A stretch of 63,087 nt of DNA, counting the filler, from Octopus bimaculoides (taxonomy: Eukaryota), in the NCBI RefSeq assembly GCF_001194135.2. It is 7 parts of 7 records of this genome, joined end to end, with 100 filler letters (N's around TTAATTAATTAA, not from the genome) between each part and the next. Parts side by side here need not be neighbours in the genome. Positions count along the whole stretch, not along the records: positions 57,673 to 63,087 come from NC_068982.1; 6 more parts are not named here. The stretch is one strand, 5' to 3'. The first letter of the stretch is position 1; each line of letters begins with the position of its first letter. Positions 62,722 to 63,087 of the stretch are shown here, piece by piece. The notes under the pieces were generated by a model, which did not search any database, was not told the DNA's origin, and saw nothing but the letters and a program-made list of their open reading frames with translations. The translations under genes were made by a program, and so were the position numbers.

Positions 62722-63040
62722 TCTATATATATAAAAATGAGAATGTGTGTCTGTCTGTCTGTCTGTCTGTGTGAATCCCTAAAACTCGAGAACTACGCAA
62801 CCAATTTCATTCAAATTTTACAAATGCCTTACTTAGGGTTCCAGTCGTGTTTTAGTTTAAAAAAATTTTAACTTCTTGCAGAGTTCGAGCCCACGGTAAC
62901 ATAATTTCTCCTCCACTATTTAAGTATTACGTGTCAAAAGTGAAACAAAAACACTCATGTCAAATACTTTCACTTTAAAAATGAAACTATTCTACTAACT
63001 GAAACAATCACATTTCGATACTGTAATGACAGATACTTTC
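62722..63040 (+). mobile_element. Helitron-type element 5' end
   Basis: A|TCTATATATATAAAAATGAGAATGTGTG(TCTG)n...CCAATTTCATTCAAATTTTAC, a canonical TC start. Confidence 0.6.
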
Positions 63041-63046
63041 AGAGAG

Positions 63047-63077
<31 letters not shown>

Positions 63078-63087
63078 GAGAGAAAGA

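Overview
Eukaryotic, AT-rich, microsatellite-saturated animal DNA. The SINE families and repeat load suggest an octopod cephalopod (inference). The window is not one locus: six identical 100-bp artificial linkers (N44-TTAATTAATTAA-N44) join seven unrelated scaffolds (1-11157, 11258-20031, 20132-31026, 31127-38260, 38361-47706, 47807-57572, 57673-63087). No complete protein-coding gene is present. Most sequence is decayed transposons: Tx1/L1-clade LINE, Penelope-like elements (PLE), RTE LINEs, mariner and DD37D elements, hAT, MULE, piggyBac and hAT MITEs, Helitron-type ends and several tRNA-derived SINE families. A few isolated candidate host exons occur, including a PLAT/LH2-like exon and a kinase-C-lobe-like exon flanked by a near-perfect 125-bp inverted repeat. 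The strongest unexplained signal is a set of minimal type I hammerhead ribozyme (HHR) motifs. (i) A ~360-bp retrozyme-like repeat family has four copies whose stems co-vary, one with a compensatory U3-A8 core. (ii) A tRNA-headed SINE carries an HHR in its tail (three copies). (iii) Further PLE-terminal HHR-like families are present. All pairings were read by eye; no folding or database search was run.
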